Notes under the pieces: model-generated | Told to the model about the DNA's origin: nothing | The model's input: only the letters and a program-made list of their open reading frames with translations | Database searches by the model: none | Shown: positions 21,683 to 35,500 of the stretch, one piece after another | Layout of the letters: the number at the start of each line of letters is the position of its first letter | Numbering within the stretch: the stretch's first letter is position 1 | Assembly (NCBI GenBank): GCA_040954595.2 | Contig: CM082596.2 | Coordinates: forward strand, 5,220,791 to 5,284,790 | From: Balanoglossus misakiensis | Lineage: Eukaryota; Animalia; Hemichordata | Direction of reading: 5' to 3' | DNA: 64,000 nucleotides | Position numbers and translations under genes: made by a program

Positions 21683-24334
21683 GGCTGCAACGCTTGTTTG
21701 CTAACTGTGTCTTGAGTTCAGAAATTCCTGTAAGTGAGAAACAAAGTACACATCCGAATCAGAACATGGTAACCAAAACCCACGAAACAATCAATGTTTG
21801 CTTTCAATCACGCGAAATTGGTGGAAGGATCACATAAGTTTGACGAGAAAGGGCATAGCAAACGACATTCAAGATTCACCACTTGCCGGGGAAACGTCGA
21901 AAGTTCTTGGTGATTGCACCGCCAGTATTAAAAACACAATGTTTTGGACACTAACCCTTTCAATCAATAATCAATGTAATCAGTGTTGGTCTTATTTGAA
22001 GTATTGCCTGAAAACGGTGATGTATGATATAATCCCCTCTAACTAAATACCATGCACATGACGCATTTGAATACTGCATAAATGAATATTCATCACCAGT
22101 ACGTGCATTGCATGTGAAATGTGTGGGGCACACCTGGTCTCGTATTCTGGTCACGTGCATTCCGTTGATAATATCCTGTCTTTTATTTTTAAAATGATAC
22201 GATGGTAACGGGATTGTAAAACGGAGACCAGAAAAAAATTCCTAGGATTTTGGTGTCGATTTGTGCACGTACGAACAATATGTCTGTGTCTGAGACGGGA
22301 CAGACAATACATATATTATTGTAAACGACTTTCGCTTTCGTGAAAAAAAAAACATATTCTGGCAAAACACAAAACACGCAGCAAAACAGTGAGCATACAC
22401 ACGATTACCCGTGACATGTACATGTACCTGGTTTGACGGAATCGTGCAGCGACGACATAAATGTTCACTTTCACCATCAGGCTGCGAATAATTTCGCTCT
22501 AACCAGGAGGGAAAACGGACACGTCTTCTCCTGAAAATAATCCGGTCCACAATAGCATTGCAAGGTTTGGCAAGAGATCTTAATCTACATAATGATAATG
22601 ATAAAGGGAAGGGTATAGGGGACTCCCCTTTTCGAAATTACGTCATTACAGTCTGCAGCATAAAAAAAACAGCGCAGCTGCTGGAGGTCACGTGACAAAA
22701 GGACACAAAGGTGACGCCAGGTGAGAGGTTGGTAGGCAAAGCTACCTGATATTTTAAAAACAATAAGCTCATGAAAAAAACAATAACTTCTAAAAATATA
22801 CCAGTGCGCACCCTGCGTAACACTCAATGTATAATTAATCATCAGTTGTACAACTGACTGCAGCAGCGGAGTCTGTCACAACGATTCGCAAAAATAAACC
22901 CACACAGTCTCATACGCAATAATAAAACGCATACACTTTTCCTAGAAAACATGGTCAAAACAATTAAGGCTTTGTCTACGGTACCAACAATGTCCTGTGG
23001 TTCTGAGCGGACAGTGAAGGCATACATCAATTCGCCTCTCTGTTGAAAATGGCATATTTTTCCTTTTGGGAATTTTCATGCAAAACCGTTTACTCTGATT
23101 GTCAAAATGACGGCGTGTGTTTTGCTTGGTGTTTATACCGACGAAGTGTTCGATAAACTAGCGTGTTGTATTCGTGTTGTTTTGTCAATAAGTAATAGTT
23201 CGGTGATCAAAGCAACGTAAATATTCTATTGACAAAAGCTAAAATCGCTTGAAAGTAATGTCAACAGATTGTCCCGTTAAACTGGAGCTCCAAAAATGCT
23301 GTTTCAAAAGACTTTGAACAAGAAAAAAAGCTGCAAGGAGATACTGGCATGGCACGCGCACGGACAACGACGCACTTGGTATGCACGCGTACGCGCTTTC
23401 TTTGCAGATGACGTACAACATTTGCAAACACGCACTTACCCAGATGAGTGTATGTAGCTCTAACATTCAGTAAATCCGTCCAAAACAGCTTGCGGTCGAA
23501 AAATGAGCACCGAACACAATGCGTGAGTGCTGGAGTCCTCAGTCGCATCCGGGTCACATCCGCGTGTGACGTCAGTGTATAGTGAGGAGGAGAAAGGAAT
23601 AGCTGCGCCGCGTAAACAGGTGGTTCGTAATGGGATGCTTATACATGTATTTGTTGCAGTTATGCAAGAAATACACGCCGGACGAAACTAATATGCTTCT
23701 TGGATTGGGTTTGGGCATCATATATGAATCTAAAACCACTCTCCAAGTCTTGAACTATACATGATCTGTGTACAGCAGCGAGTGGCTAGAAAAATCTGTT
23801 TTGCATATTGAAACATAAAAATAGATTTATGGAGCGCTTAGGAACAAATGGCGACTAGCACTACCACGTTACGGTTGACCCCCGACGACCTCTCTGCTCA
23901 GTGAACGTACTTTTGCAAGACGCAGACGGTCTGTCACGCCCTGATCCTGGAAGGGAAATTCTAAACAATCACGTGCAGGCCTGAGATAATACTTTTTAAA
24001 AGACCCGATCAACGTGAAACAGAATAGGCTTCTATGTTGAAATACACGCGCGACACTTTAGTAATAAAACTTGATTCGATTTCAACACTGTTAAAATTCT
24101 CACTGAAAAGTCTTGCACAAACAGATAAATATAAACTACAGACATGCCATAAAATTCATCATTCGCTAAAATCCACAGTAAATTACGTACGTCTTGACAG
24201 TAAATTTTACATCTTGAAAAAGACACATCAGGTCGTGACGGACAAAGTCAATTGAGTGACGTTTCTATTCCCCTTCTCAATGTATGTACATTGAATATTG
24301 TCCACAGTGACGTCACGACACACTGGGTCTCGTT

Positions 24335-27300
24335 TCAGACGTTTGGCACAAATCGACCGTGGAGGCCGTAGTTGACTGGCACATTGGTTTCGGCCCGTCC
24401 AATCTCGGTGAAATCCCTCGCGTCCAGCACAACCAGGAAGTTGGGCTTGTCAGGATCGCTGTTGACAACTGCCGATATAACGACTCCTACAAAAGGACAC
24501 GGAATCAGACCAGAGGTCACGGAGCATATATATATTTTTCTGTCACACACACACACACACATGCTGGGCAAGATTCGATAAACAAAGTCGTGTTTTGAAG
24601 CATATTTCTGTCCATCAACTATGCAGCAAGTGACAAGCGCAAAGCTCAATGAACCGATGACAAAAATGTGAACGAAACAATGTGCAGGCCACGTGTAAGC
24701 GCATTGCACTGGCGGTGAAGTACTTTTTCTCTAAGTCCAAAAGCACATACATACCATCATCCTCACTCGTAGCAGACGGCGAAGCAATGAAGATTGGCTC
24801 CGTTGACAAGAAGCCCTCCTCTTCCCAAACTTTGAAGCTTTTATTTTTAACGTCCACTTTGATCATCTGAAATAGAACGTAAATCCCTTGTGAAAACTTG
24901 AACGATTTTACGCTAACCAGATTGACTTTGTAGAAGTTCAAAATTCGCAACGCCGAGATAAGGTAGAAAAATATAAACAAGGCCGGGTTTTTGCATCTTA
25001 CCCCTGGACGATGTCCGAATACACCGTAAACGTACTGGTAAGGTTTTCCATTGTAACTTTCGTAGTTGATTTGCGGCATCTCAAATTCTGAAAGGAAAGA
25101 AACCAGTAATGTTGATTTTTTTTTCGTGCTGAAAGAGGAAACACCGGTATTTCCGAGTACTGAGCGGTTCAATACATTTTGTACTTGTCTCTCTCATCGA
25201 ATATTCACACTCTCGGACTCTAGTGCGTCGCATATACAGCCCGCATAATATATTGGCTAGATTATCCATGATCACTGCGTATATAATAGTCAGCTGTATA
25301 TACCCACTGTTATAACTGAATACTAGTAAAGTTTCACACGTACTTTCATCGATAAGCCTTTCCGGGGAGCAGAAGATAGAGCCGTCTGCCGTCAGTTCGG
25401 CCCGGCAGCTTGTGTATGATAGATTTACTAGATTTTTCGGCTTGTTATCCTAATATGGAAAAAACAGATACATAAACGAAGGTTAAGAAAGGCACATTGC
25501 TTTGTGATAAAACATTATTACCAACGCGATTTCTATACTTATTGTCACACGTCACGAAATGCGAACACTTCTAACGACATCAAGATCCCTTTCTGTGACG
25601 CCTTTGCTCGGGTTCACATGTAATAGACCATTTCCCGAACTTCACGAGACCCTGGGTGCGAGATCTCGCACGTCTAGGCAGCTTGTACGGAGCGTATTCA
25701 TGGAACACGGGACAAGCAACACGTGATGTTGGACAAACAAAACATGGCCAATCGTGTTCAACGGCACTAAAGTGACACCTGTTATAGTTTCATACCTAAC
25801 GCTTCACTTGTATTACTTGGCTAGCAACCCGTTGCTACGGTAATAATTATCAAAGTCTCGTGAAATCCCGCAATGAGCGGAAAAATCATCTACTGTTGGC
25901 ACAGCTTCGTCTTACCTTGTCGATGTTCAGCGGCAGTACAAACCGCCGGGCCTCTGCCTCAATATCTAGGATCGACCCGTTCTTCATGTCTTCAATGTGA
26001 GACTTGTCAAAGAAGTCCGCCCTGTCGTAACAGCACATATCGACGACCAGGTGCCCGCCGTCCTCGTACGCGTTGATGTGGTGGAGGCAAATGAAGGCCC
26101 CGGCCGTGTACCTGGTCGACAGCACCTCCCCGGTCCGGCGGTCGAAGACGTGGAAGTGGGCTCCGTTCTCGGGGCGGTAGTCCATGCACTCGGTCGCCGC
26201 CTGGCCGCGAAATCTGCAAGTGAGTATCTTCAGGACGTTGATGTGTAGAGGCTGCTCGAAGAAGACCATGTAATTGGGCGTCATGCCGAAACTGTGATAG
26301 TATGACGGGTCCCTGCCTCGTGCCGGTATACTACACAGGATTGACCACCTCTTCTCTTCGGATAACCCTTCTCTCGGCGGATCCACTTTAAAGATGTGAT
26401 ACTTGCTTACTCTGCCGAAGGAAGACCCCATGTTGAAGTTTGTACCGTCGTTTGAATAATGTGGATGCGCCGTTGCCATGTTAACAGCCAAGTACTGGGA
26501 AATGTCAACCTTAAAAAAAAACAGTACCAAAATTAAAACAAATAATAAACGACCATCTTGTCTTCAGATCAGCGTGGGTACAAAAATGCTTTTCTTACAG
26601 AACGACCGAAAGATAATTTTGTGTCGTCTTTACTCGTTTTTTGTTGAAATTACAATTGTCGACAACCAATCGATGCCACAAAGAATAAGCTCGTTATACG
26701 CAAGAAAAGACGCGCCCTCATCCATAAGAACTGGACAAGTTCAAGGAAGCGGCCTGGAGAACTCGATCCGTACCTTGTCGTCTTTAGCTGAGTCCAGGGT
26801 GTTGACATCGACTCGCCTCATGTATTGTCCTTCCGTCAATGCAAACAGTTGGTCCCCGCTGTACATGAGGCTAATAGCGCAGTTGTCGCTTGTCCTTTGA
26901 GGCAAAAAGTACGAAGCTATTCTCTGAAACAGACTGTGGCAGGGGTCCGGGTGGGCGACCGTGCCAAATTCCGAACAGGCTATTCGGTTGGCGGCCGTAT
27001 TTTCGCAGTAGTTGTCACTGCGGATGAACTTGCTCTGGTATGTCACCTGGGGAAAACGAACAAACATTGATGCATCAAACAAACAAACAAACAAAAACAA
27101 CCAAACAAACATGATAAAGGCAATAAGACAAGGTCATAACAAACCCCGTTTAAAAAACAGAAGAACAGCGCAAGCAAAACCACATTCCTCATCCTGACGC
27201 ATCAAACAAACAAACAAACAAACAAAAACAAACAAACATGATAAAGGCAATAAGACAAAGCCATAACAAACCCCGTTTAAAAAAATCAAAAGAACAGCTC

Positions 27301-28402
27301 AACCAAAACCACATTCCTCATCCTGACGCGTCATTTTTTACTCTACCAAAGTATCCACGCACCTTTCCATCCTTAATATGGTACCTATGCAACAGTGCCA
27401 TACCGTCGAACAAATGCTTATACGAATCTTGTCCAATTTCGAAAAGGCCGCTGCCATTCCTGTAAAGACTTCCGTTTATCCATTGCGGTATTGTCCCTGC
27501 GAAGTTGAAGTAGAGAAGTTATTTTCATTGTTCACTTTCAGGATAACACACCACTAATAATATTTATTAGTTCTTACGCTTATAGTGTTAAAATTTCGCT
27601 TTTCCCCATTTAAGTTCTTACGCTTATACATGTAGTGTTAAAATTTCACTTTTCCCCAAAAAGCATGAAATCTTTTTTTGAGGAGAGTGGCACTCTTATG
27701 AACGGCAGTAGGCCTATAGTCTCTATACGGCCCTGATGCGGGAATTGCGGACCGAGGTTGTGCTGACCCCTGGAAGGTCGTGAACGCCGTACGACCTAGG
27801 TTACGCCACGGTCACTCTGTGTGGAGTGACCGTGGTTACGCAGGTACGCGAATCAAGGTACATTGTACATGTACATGAAAACGACATGGCCGATCGACCC
27901 TAAATTTCCTCCGGCCCACCAACCTCATAAATTTTATGAGAGCTCCCTTTGTTCCGACCATTCACACAAAAATTACCGCGTTTGTGAGCACAAAGAGCTT
28001 TTGTCTTGTCTATGGCCAAGCAAAAATGTTATTTCCGGGGCCTTTCATTCAAGGTCGCCAAGGTCACGTATGCGTCATTGTTATATAATGGAGCTCCATT
28101 GCCGTATGTTACTACTAGGAAAGGGGACGCGTCAGGTCATCTACGCACGTAGGCCTATTTGACGCGGCAGTACTGTCTATGACACGGGAGCCGGCAGGGG
28201 TAGCGCCCGTGCGGCACTGTTTCTTACCTCGGATTGTAGTTTCTGTGGGTTCCGGGTGTTCCGCGACGGATTTCCAATGAACGCTCAAAAGGCGTTTCTC
28301 CTTGGCATTCAACGTACACCTGGTGTCCGATTTTGACATTTTTCCCGATGTGGAAATTCGCGTATGTTCGCCACGTATGCGCAGTAGGTGTAACCTTTTC
28401 AT
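24335..28402 (-). CDS. BCO2: Carotenoid cleavage oxygenase, BCO2-like (RPE65/BCO family), 8 exons
   Basis: GTIPQWINGSLYRNG, HLFDGMALLH, EFGTVAHPDPC, four Fe-binding His (ATAHPH, YYHSF, LHHIN, GLHG), FEMPQINY, EPIF, EDDGVVIS; stop after HGRFVPNV. Orthology to BCO2 versus BCO-like clades is unresolved and the start codon is uncertain. Confidence 0.9.
25624..25892. mobile_element. Dispersed MITE-like repeat, copy 2 (BCO intron)
   Basis: TAGACCATTTCCCGAACTTCACGAGACCC...GCGAGATCTCGC...GAGCGGAAAAATCATCTA, imperfect TIRs. Confidence 0.7.
27071..27330. repeat. ~130-bp tandem duplication in BCO intron 2
   Basis: Two near-identical units (CAAA)n-CATGATAAAGGCAATAAGACAA...CCACATTCCTCATCCTGACGC. Confidence 0.9.
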
Positions 28403-28625
28403 GGCGAACGAGCGACTGTGGTTGGACAACGGAATCATAGAAAATAGAGCGACAGTGACGACTGGGGTCAAAACATGGAAGCACCTGATGTGTACAGCTC
28501 AAACCGGCACACAGCAGCTGTTAAGGAGTAACACCCCCGTGAATTGTTGTACAGGATTGACCAATTATTGCGGCTGAACGTACATTTCAGCAATATTTGT
28601 TAAAAGGCCTAAGGCAAAATAAATA

Positions 28626-28915
28626 ATATATGCTGTTCCGATTACATGGTTTTCAAAAATAGGGTGGTAGGTAGGTTTGTTTGTTTTTTGCGATTTTTTT
28701 TATTTTTCTCTGGCCACCAAAGTAGAAGAATGACGTCATAGTTCTTTCGTGATGCGTGTGATTTCGTCATCTTTCTCGCATGATTCGCGCAATTTTCATA
28801 AATTTTGTATATTTGACATCGTTAATATTTTTACTCCCGAGTTTGCAAAGCTCTAAAAAATTAGAGTTGGTGGGTTAAAATTAGGGTTGGTCGGGTAATC
28901 TGGATCAGCACATAT
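28626..28915. mobile_element. Probable non-autonomous DNA element with degenerate TIRs
   Basis: ATATATGCTGTTCCGATTAC ... GTAATCTGGATCAGCACATAT with internal AAAATAGGGT(GG)TAGG blocks. Confidence 0.45.
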
Positions 28916-29533
28916 TTTTCAGTGGGGGTTGAGTATGGCAAGCCGAACGTTGCAATATTCTTGAAAAAAACTATTTTCTTGTTGTATAATTTTTTTTTAT
29001 TCTTCAATTTCACGTTTGCTTTGGTCAAATTATATTTGTGTTCTTCAAATCTATATTCTTGTTCTTCAAATCCACGTTTGCTTTCATCAAATTACATTCT
29101 TGTTCTTCGATTTCATTTTTGCTTTCGTCTAATTACATTCTTGTTCTTCAAATCCACATTTGTGTTTCTGGGCATGCGCAGTTGCGCTGACCCCGCGACC
29201 TCGCTGAGAGTGTTGAGGGCTCCCTAGCTGGGCTAGAATCAACATCAACCAAAGACTGTAGCCCGTCTCCGAAGTTGGTGAGTTGATGCTAAATAGTCCC
29301 TTCATGAGTCTGTCTACGAAGTTATTCTGAAGTCAAATAGTATCATCAATAAACTTGTCAGAATTCTTAATCTTATAAAAATTCACTTTCGACATGATTT
29401 TCCCCCGAATCACAGTTTATTGCACAATTGGTTCACCTCCATGCTCTGGTCATTGCACTGGCTGGATTGTTACCATAGCAGCATTCCCGCTCCTACACGA
29501 TTGTACGTGAGGAGACCTGTACGTCAAGTTCTT

Positions 29534-32500
29534 TTAAAGCTTACTGCTAGGCACAGGAATCTCATAGGACATTTGTGGAAATCCTCCTTCAAAAGCCGCT
29601 TGCAAGACGTCCTCCAATCGCGTGGCAAACACAAATTCCAAGTCGGACTACGGTAGAAAAAAAACAAAGATCACATTTTAGTTTTTGTTAAGTTATTTAA
29701 AGGCTGCAGAAATTGAAATTATTTAAACTTTAGATTAGTCTTCCAATAATCGAGAATAAAATTTGGTATGGCGCAAAATTCTGAATGAAAATTGTCTCAA
29801 ATTGAAATTCAAAATGGCCACCAATCTCGGTCGTAAATTCAAAAAGTGATTTCCACGAAAATATGATCAACACCCACTGTTTTCTTCGCTGTTTTCCAGA
29901 CAATTTTTTTTATTGAGGTCAAAGGATAAACTGACCTTGACAGTGGCCGGTATCTCGACCAGGTCTTTCTCGTTTCTTTTTGGTAAAATCACCCTCTTGA
30001 TTCCAGCTCTATGAGCAGCTAACACTTTCTCCTTGATGCCACCAACCTGAAAAGACAGTGAATTAAAAATAGGTATTTGAATAAAACAAAACCATCATAC
30101 CTCTTATAGAAGATATATCTCTAAAATTTAATTCCCCTACAGCTGCCAAATATATTCTCTATCCTCTAAAATCCCCACCATTTAACCATATTACTTGCAT
30201 TTGCATCAGTTTGTCATCTCTTGGCGACGCATACCATGATAGCTGCGTGCTGTTTGTATGAAGGCTGATTAAATCGGTGCGGCACTGTTTTAATACATAG
30301 CGTGTTCAAATTGCAACATGCTGTCACAATCAGGCATCGGTAAGATGTTCATGTATACCTATCAGTAAAGGTTATTTAGATGGACCAATTTCAGTTGGAA
30401 AATAAATGAAATCATGAAAATAATGCAAAAAGTGGCAGCTCTGGGGGCTTTAAAACTTGATGTGGTCCCATGCAAATGGTGACCTTGGTGGAAAGAGTAC
30501 AACTTACAGGTAACACCAATCCCCGTAGAGTAACTTCACCCGTCATTGCTACTTCTGAATTCACACATCGACCACTGCAAATAAAAATAAAATACAGACA
30601 ATACGCATCTAAGGACCACATCCTCAAAATGTTTCAAAAGCAAATCACATTATTTTCACACAAAATCACAATACCTGAACAGAGAAACGAGTACGGTTAC
30701 CACGGTGACACCCGCTGATGGTCCGTCCTTGTTGATGGCACCGGCCGGGAAGTGGATGTGGACATCCGTGTTTTCCATCAGATCGGTTCCGGCTGATACT
30801 TGGATACCACACTGCAGAGAATAATTTAGACGTCAGTTCTGTATCAGTCTCACTATAAAACCCTTTCACCGCCATGGTTCAGTCTAAACCCATTGTTTTC
30901 TATGGTAAAGTTGGACCTCTAAACAGGGAACTGGGGGTGAAGGGGTTACTCACTGACACATTCTCACTGATCGGTCATGGTTTAATTCATAACATGGATA
31001 TTACTCAGAATACTGTTTACAACGTATCTGTACCACATGTTAACTATCAAACAGCTTTGAGCAAATAACAAAAAATTCCCCTAATTAATTACTGTACAGA
31101 CAAATATCCATACTTAAATTAATGTTTACCTGGACAGCATGGCTGCGGACCCAGTTGAGAGCGATTCTGGCCGATTCCTTCATCACATCACCCAGCTGTC
31201 CTGTCAATGTCAGCTGACCGTCACCATCCATCTTGGTAGCTTCCACGAACATGATTTCTCCTCCAACAGCAGTCCATGCCAGACCTAGATGTCACAAAGT
31301 CAAATAGATCATATGGCTGTCATACAGTACAGGTAAGTCATCATTATATATCCATGGTGGAAGGGTGATAAATCCAAGAGATTATTTTGAGAGGTGTGCA
31401 TGGTTTGTAAATGCATAGAACTAATGTCCTGTAATTCATTATGTCCAATATTACCCTACAATCCATCATTACGTAGACAGGCTTACCGACAGCCACACCA
31501 GGTTGACCCAGTCTCTCAGACATCTCATTCTCAAACATCGGCGGCTGAAACAGAAAATATATCCATTACAAACACTGTTCCATGTCAAGAAAATGCCCAC
31601 AAGTTCTTGAGTACATGCATCAGTCTGTAACTTTGTACTGTTTGTATTTGTACCCACCCAAAGCCACACAGCGACCACCTGAAACTTATCCAATAGCTCA
31701 AACTTACTCCTAATATATCTTCTATAGCGTGGGTATCCAGAACAATTGGCATCTCCGGTGGATGAGCCAACGTGGTAGCTATGGCGACGGAGTCCTTCAC
31801 CGTCTCCACAGATTCCTCTTTCTCTTCCTTGGGAGAACTTTCCTCGTTGGCGTCTTTGCTCTTCAAACTGGTGTTCTCTGCAACTTTGACAGCCACAGCT
31901 CTGCACAGGGCCCCTATCTTCCTCTCCAGGGATCTCACCCCGGCTTCACGAGTGTATCTGGAAACTGCAAATATACGAAGACTTGCCTGTCAGATTTTAA
32001 GCTGTATCAGTTCATTGTTTTTTTTAACTATGATCTGACATCAAAACAGTTGATGAAAAAGTGCTTACTAAAGTGCGACGTTAACTGTAAGTTTCCGAAC
32101 ACTGGCAACGAATATACAACTTAAACAGATATTTTAAAAATGACAAACATGTGCTGCAAGAGGACCGCACAACAATCCACTGAGACTTCATAAACTCCAT
32201 AGACTCCAGAAAATCTGATGGTGCATGATAATTTACTCATTACTCCTTAACTTACTGATGAACTTTAAAGCATCCTCGGGAAACTGAATATGGGCTTCGT
32301 TCAGTCCGTGCTCCTTCAGTTGTTTCTGGATGAGGTGGCGCTCTGCGATCATCACTTTCTCCTCCTGGGTGTAGCCGGCCACAGAGATGACCTCCATCCT
32401 GTCCAGCAAGGCGGCCGGAATGGTGGCCATCGAGTTGGCTGTGGCTATGAACAACACTTGGGAGAGGTCAAAGGGCACGTTGAGGTAACTTTCACAACGT

Positions 32501-35500
32501 TAAGGAGCACAGTGATTGTGATATGACTAAACTTATGTATGGTTTGGTGGGAGAAAAAATTAACGACTATGCCCAGTGAATTTCCTTTGGGGTCACAAAA
32601 CTTCATTCTGCCCATATACATGAAAAATCCTGTCATGTTATCAGTGTTGATGGCTTCATGAGAAAAACTTGTTGTGCGAGTTCTAGGACAGCACCCCCTG
32701 GGTATTTATCCAACGGTTATTAACCCCAACCCTATCCCCAACCATTACTGGTGGGTGGGAAATTGTCCGGGGGGTGACCATCCTGTTACTGTTGTGGGCT
32801 TTCAAAAATAAAAGGATACTGATCCACAAACGAATTATTTTGTTCCGGATCCAGAACTTCAAGCAGAGCTGCAGCGGGATCTCCATGTACACCTTTACTC
32901 TACGATGACAGACAGACAGACATACAAAACACTTTAGTATCAAAACCTTATGAATGTACATACGCTGTGAGGCATCAAACTTATGCTACACTTATCAACA
33001 CTTGTGGATGTTATCTTGGGAAATCAGGTACCGGTACATTTCTAGGGAATCTGATAAGGACAACTGTGCATGTAAAGTGTGAGATAAAATTAACACTGAT
33101 GCTTTAGCAAGACATTTCCCATGACAAAAATTTAACTGAGTGTCATAATGAAGTTGATATAATGTTGTCTGCAGACAGAAGGACAAATGCTGACAATGCA
33201 TGCATATCATACTCATGCTATAGCAATCAACTGTAGCACAAATAGTCACAGTACAATAAATGCACAATATTATTTTCTTACTAGTTTATCAATTTCGTCG
33301 AGCAGAAACACTGGGTTATTGACTCCCACTGTCTTCAATCCGTGAATAATTCTTCCGGGCATTGAGCCGATGTATGTACGGCGATGACCACGGATATCTG
33401 ACTGGTCCGACACACCACCAATGGAGATCCTGGGAAAACAAATGGTACATTTGCACAGGTTAAAGGGGCATAGTCTCTTTCTTGCTGCTCTTTTTCCATT
33501 CATTATGTTTAATACAAGACGTCGTTTATGTTAATGTACATGTGTATATGTAGTGAATGAACGTTCAACCACACACAACTTCCATCCCGCTTGTATGATA
33601 CGAGAGTAAAAACTCGCCCAAAATGAATAATCGGTCTCTACCATTTATTCATTTGGGGAGAGTTTTTACTCTCAAACAGCCTGACTGTGTTGTCAAATCA
33701 CCACTGTATTGGCATGGTCCATTCTTCTCTCCTCACACTCACCTGTGAAACTCCCTCCCTAGAGTTCTAGCAATCGATCTACCCACGCTGGTCTTGCCAA
33801 CACCTGGTGGTCCCACGAAACAAAGGATGGGTCCCTTGAGCGAGTTCTTCAGCTGCCTAACAGCCAGGTACTCAATCACTCGTTTCTTCAACTTCTCCAA
33901 GCCGTAGTGGTCAGCGTCCAGGTCAGCTCTGTTGTTCAACAAAAATGGATTTATCATTTAGAATAAAATGAACCACCTGAATATACCAAGCGTATTGCCA
34001 ATCATTTACAATGTACATGTAAACAACAATATAAATCTTTTATATTAAACGTTTCCATTCTGCAGAATCTAAACACCACTTTCACCGAACTGAAGAAAAA
34101 TCTCAACACTGCTCTCACAAATAGTACATTCAGGGTTGAAAGTTTATATGAATGAGCTACATGTCTAAGTCTATTTAGCTTTCACGTGGAGTGACAACTG
34201 ATTCATCTTGGCACACAGATACCTTGCCTGTGTTATATCCAAAGTATCTGTGGTACTTTTGGACCAGGGTAACTCCAACATCAACTCCAGATAGTTTCTC
34301 GTCAGACTGTAATCTGGCATGGCAGACGGCATCTTCTTGAGACGTCTCAGCTCTTTCTTCGCTGCCTTGTCGGCATGGTCTGGTAAATTGGCAGCCCTGA
34401 GGGACACACAAACACATATGTGATCACACAATAAAATACATACACGTACAAGTACATGCTTGAGTTAAGAGTAGTAATATTGCTATATGCAGATACAATG
34501 TACATGTGTACAATACATAACATCAGATTAAAGTACATCGGGCAACATATACACACCACTATCAGTTCAATGATATCTTACTTTAACTTTCTTTCCAAAT
34601 CCGCAATTTCATCCCCTTCCTGGTCGTCCTCATCCGAGGGATCCATACTTAGTTTCCGGGACTTTCCCACACTGAAGGGCCTGTTTGGACTTCTGAAGCG
34701 CACTATGTGCCTGTTCTGGTTTCTGGCTTGCCTCAGTAGTTTCAGCCCCTCCACCTGCCTGGCTAGCAGAGGCAAAGTCTTCTTGAATCGCTCGGTTATA
34801 TCCACTGCGTCCAATATCTACGGAACAGGAAGACACATACATGATTGAGCTACGCTTGCAATACATATATACATATACATGCAGCTATGACTCTGCTAAA
34901 AAAAGTCACAAATTCGTGAATCAGCTAGCTGCGTTGTCAAAGTTCTTACCTTCAGTTTTTCAGTGTCAGATGCTTTCACAATGGAGGCAAATATATCTGG
35001 CAGGCTCTGGGTTGGCAAACTGTCGAGCATTTTCTGTCACAGGAGAAAACAGAAGATGTCAGATTTACGTTGAAATTTACATGTAGTGTTTTGTGCTTGG
35101 AGTCTTGCTCAAGACCCAAGTATTATTTGAGAGAATTGCCACTGGGATAGACACAGAAGTGGTACGTACAGTGGTACTTAAGTTTTTAATGTGAAGATTC
35201 CACTCTTTACAATTACCTTCAGTTTAGCCACAATGGGTATTGTGATGTCCAGCATATCGACCAGCTTATTGGCTTGCTCGCGGAAATTCTCAGCCAGAGC
35301 AGAAAGCTCTTCATCTCGTGCATCTTCTGTGAAGTCAATGCAAAAAAAAGTCTATTACAGAATGATATTAATTATACTGGTATACATCCATGTACAGCTC
35401 CTTCAACCGAACAACACAGCATCATTCTGCCAAGGGCAATTGTTTGACATGTACCTACTTACCAAGATCTTCACCTGGTAGTTTATCAAGTTGCTTTACT

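Noticed and set aside
27755-27840. GTGCTGACCCCTG (U1-like 13-mer) and a small CCACGGTCACTC hairpin
   Set aside because: No other U1 elements around it; a short chance match.
33430-33470. CCTTTAAC branch-like motif in another LONP2 intron
   Set aside because: The donor is GTGAGT and a polypyrimidine tract is present, so it is an ordinary U2 intron.
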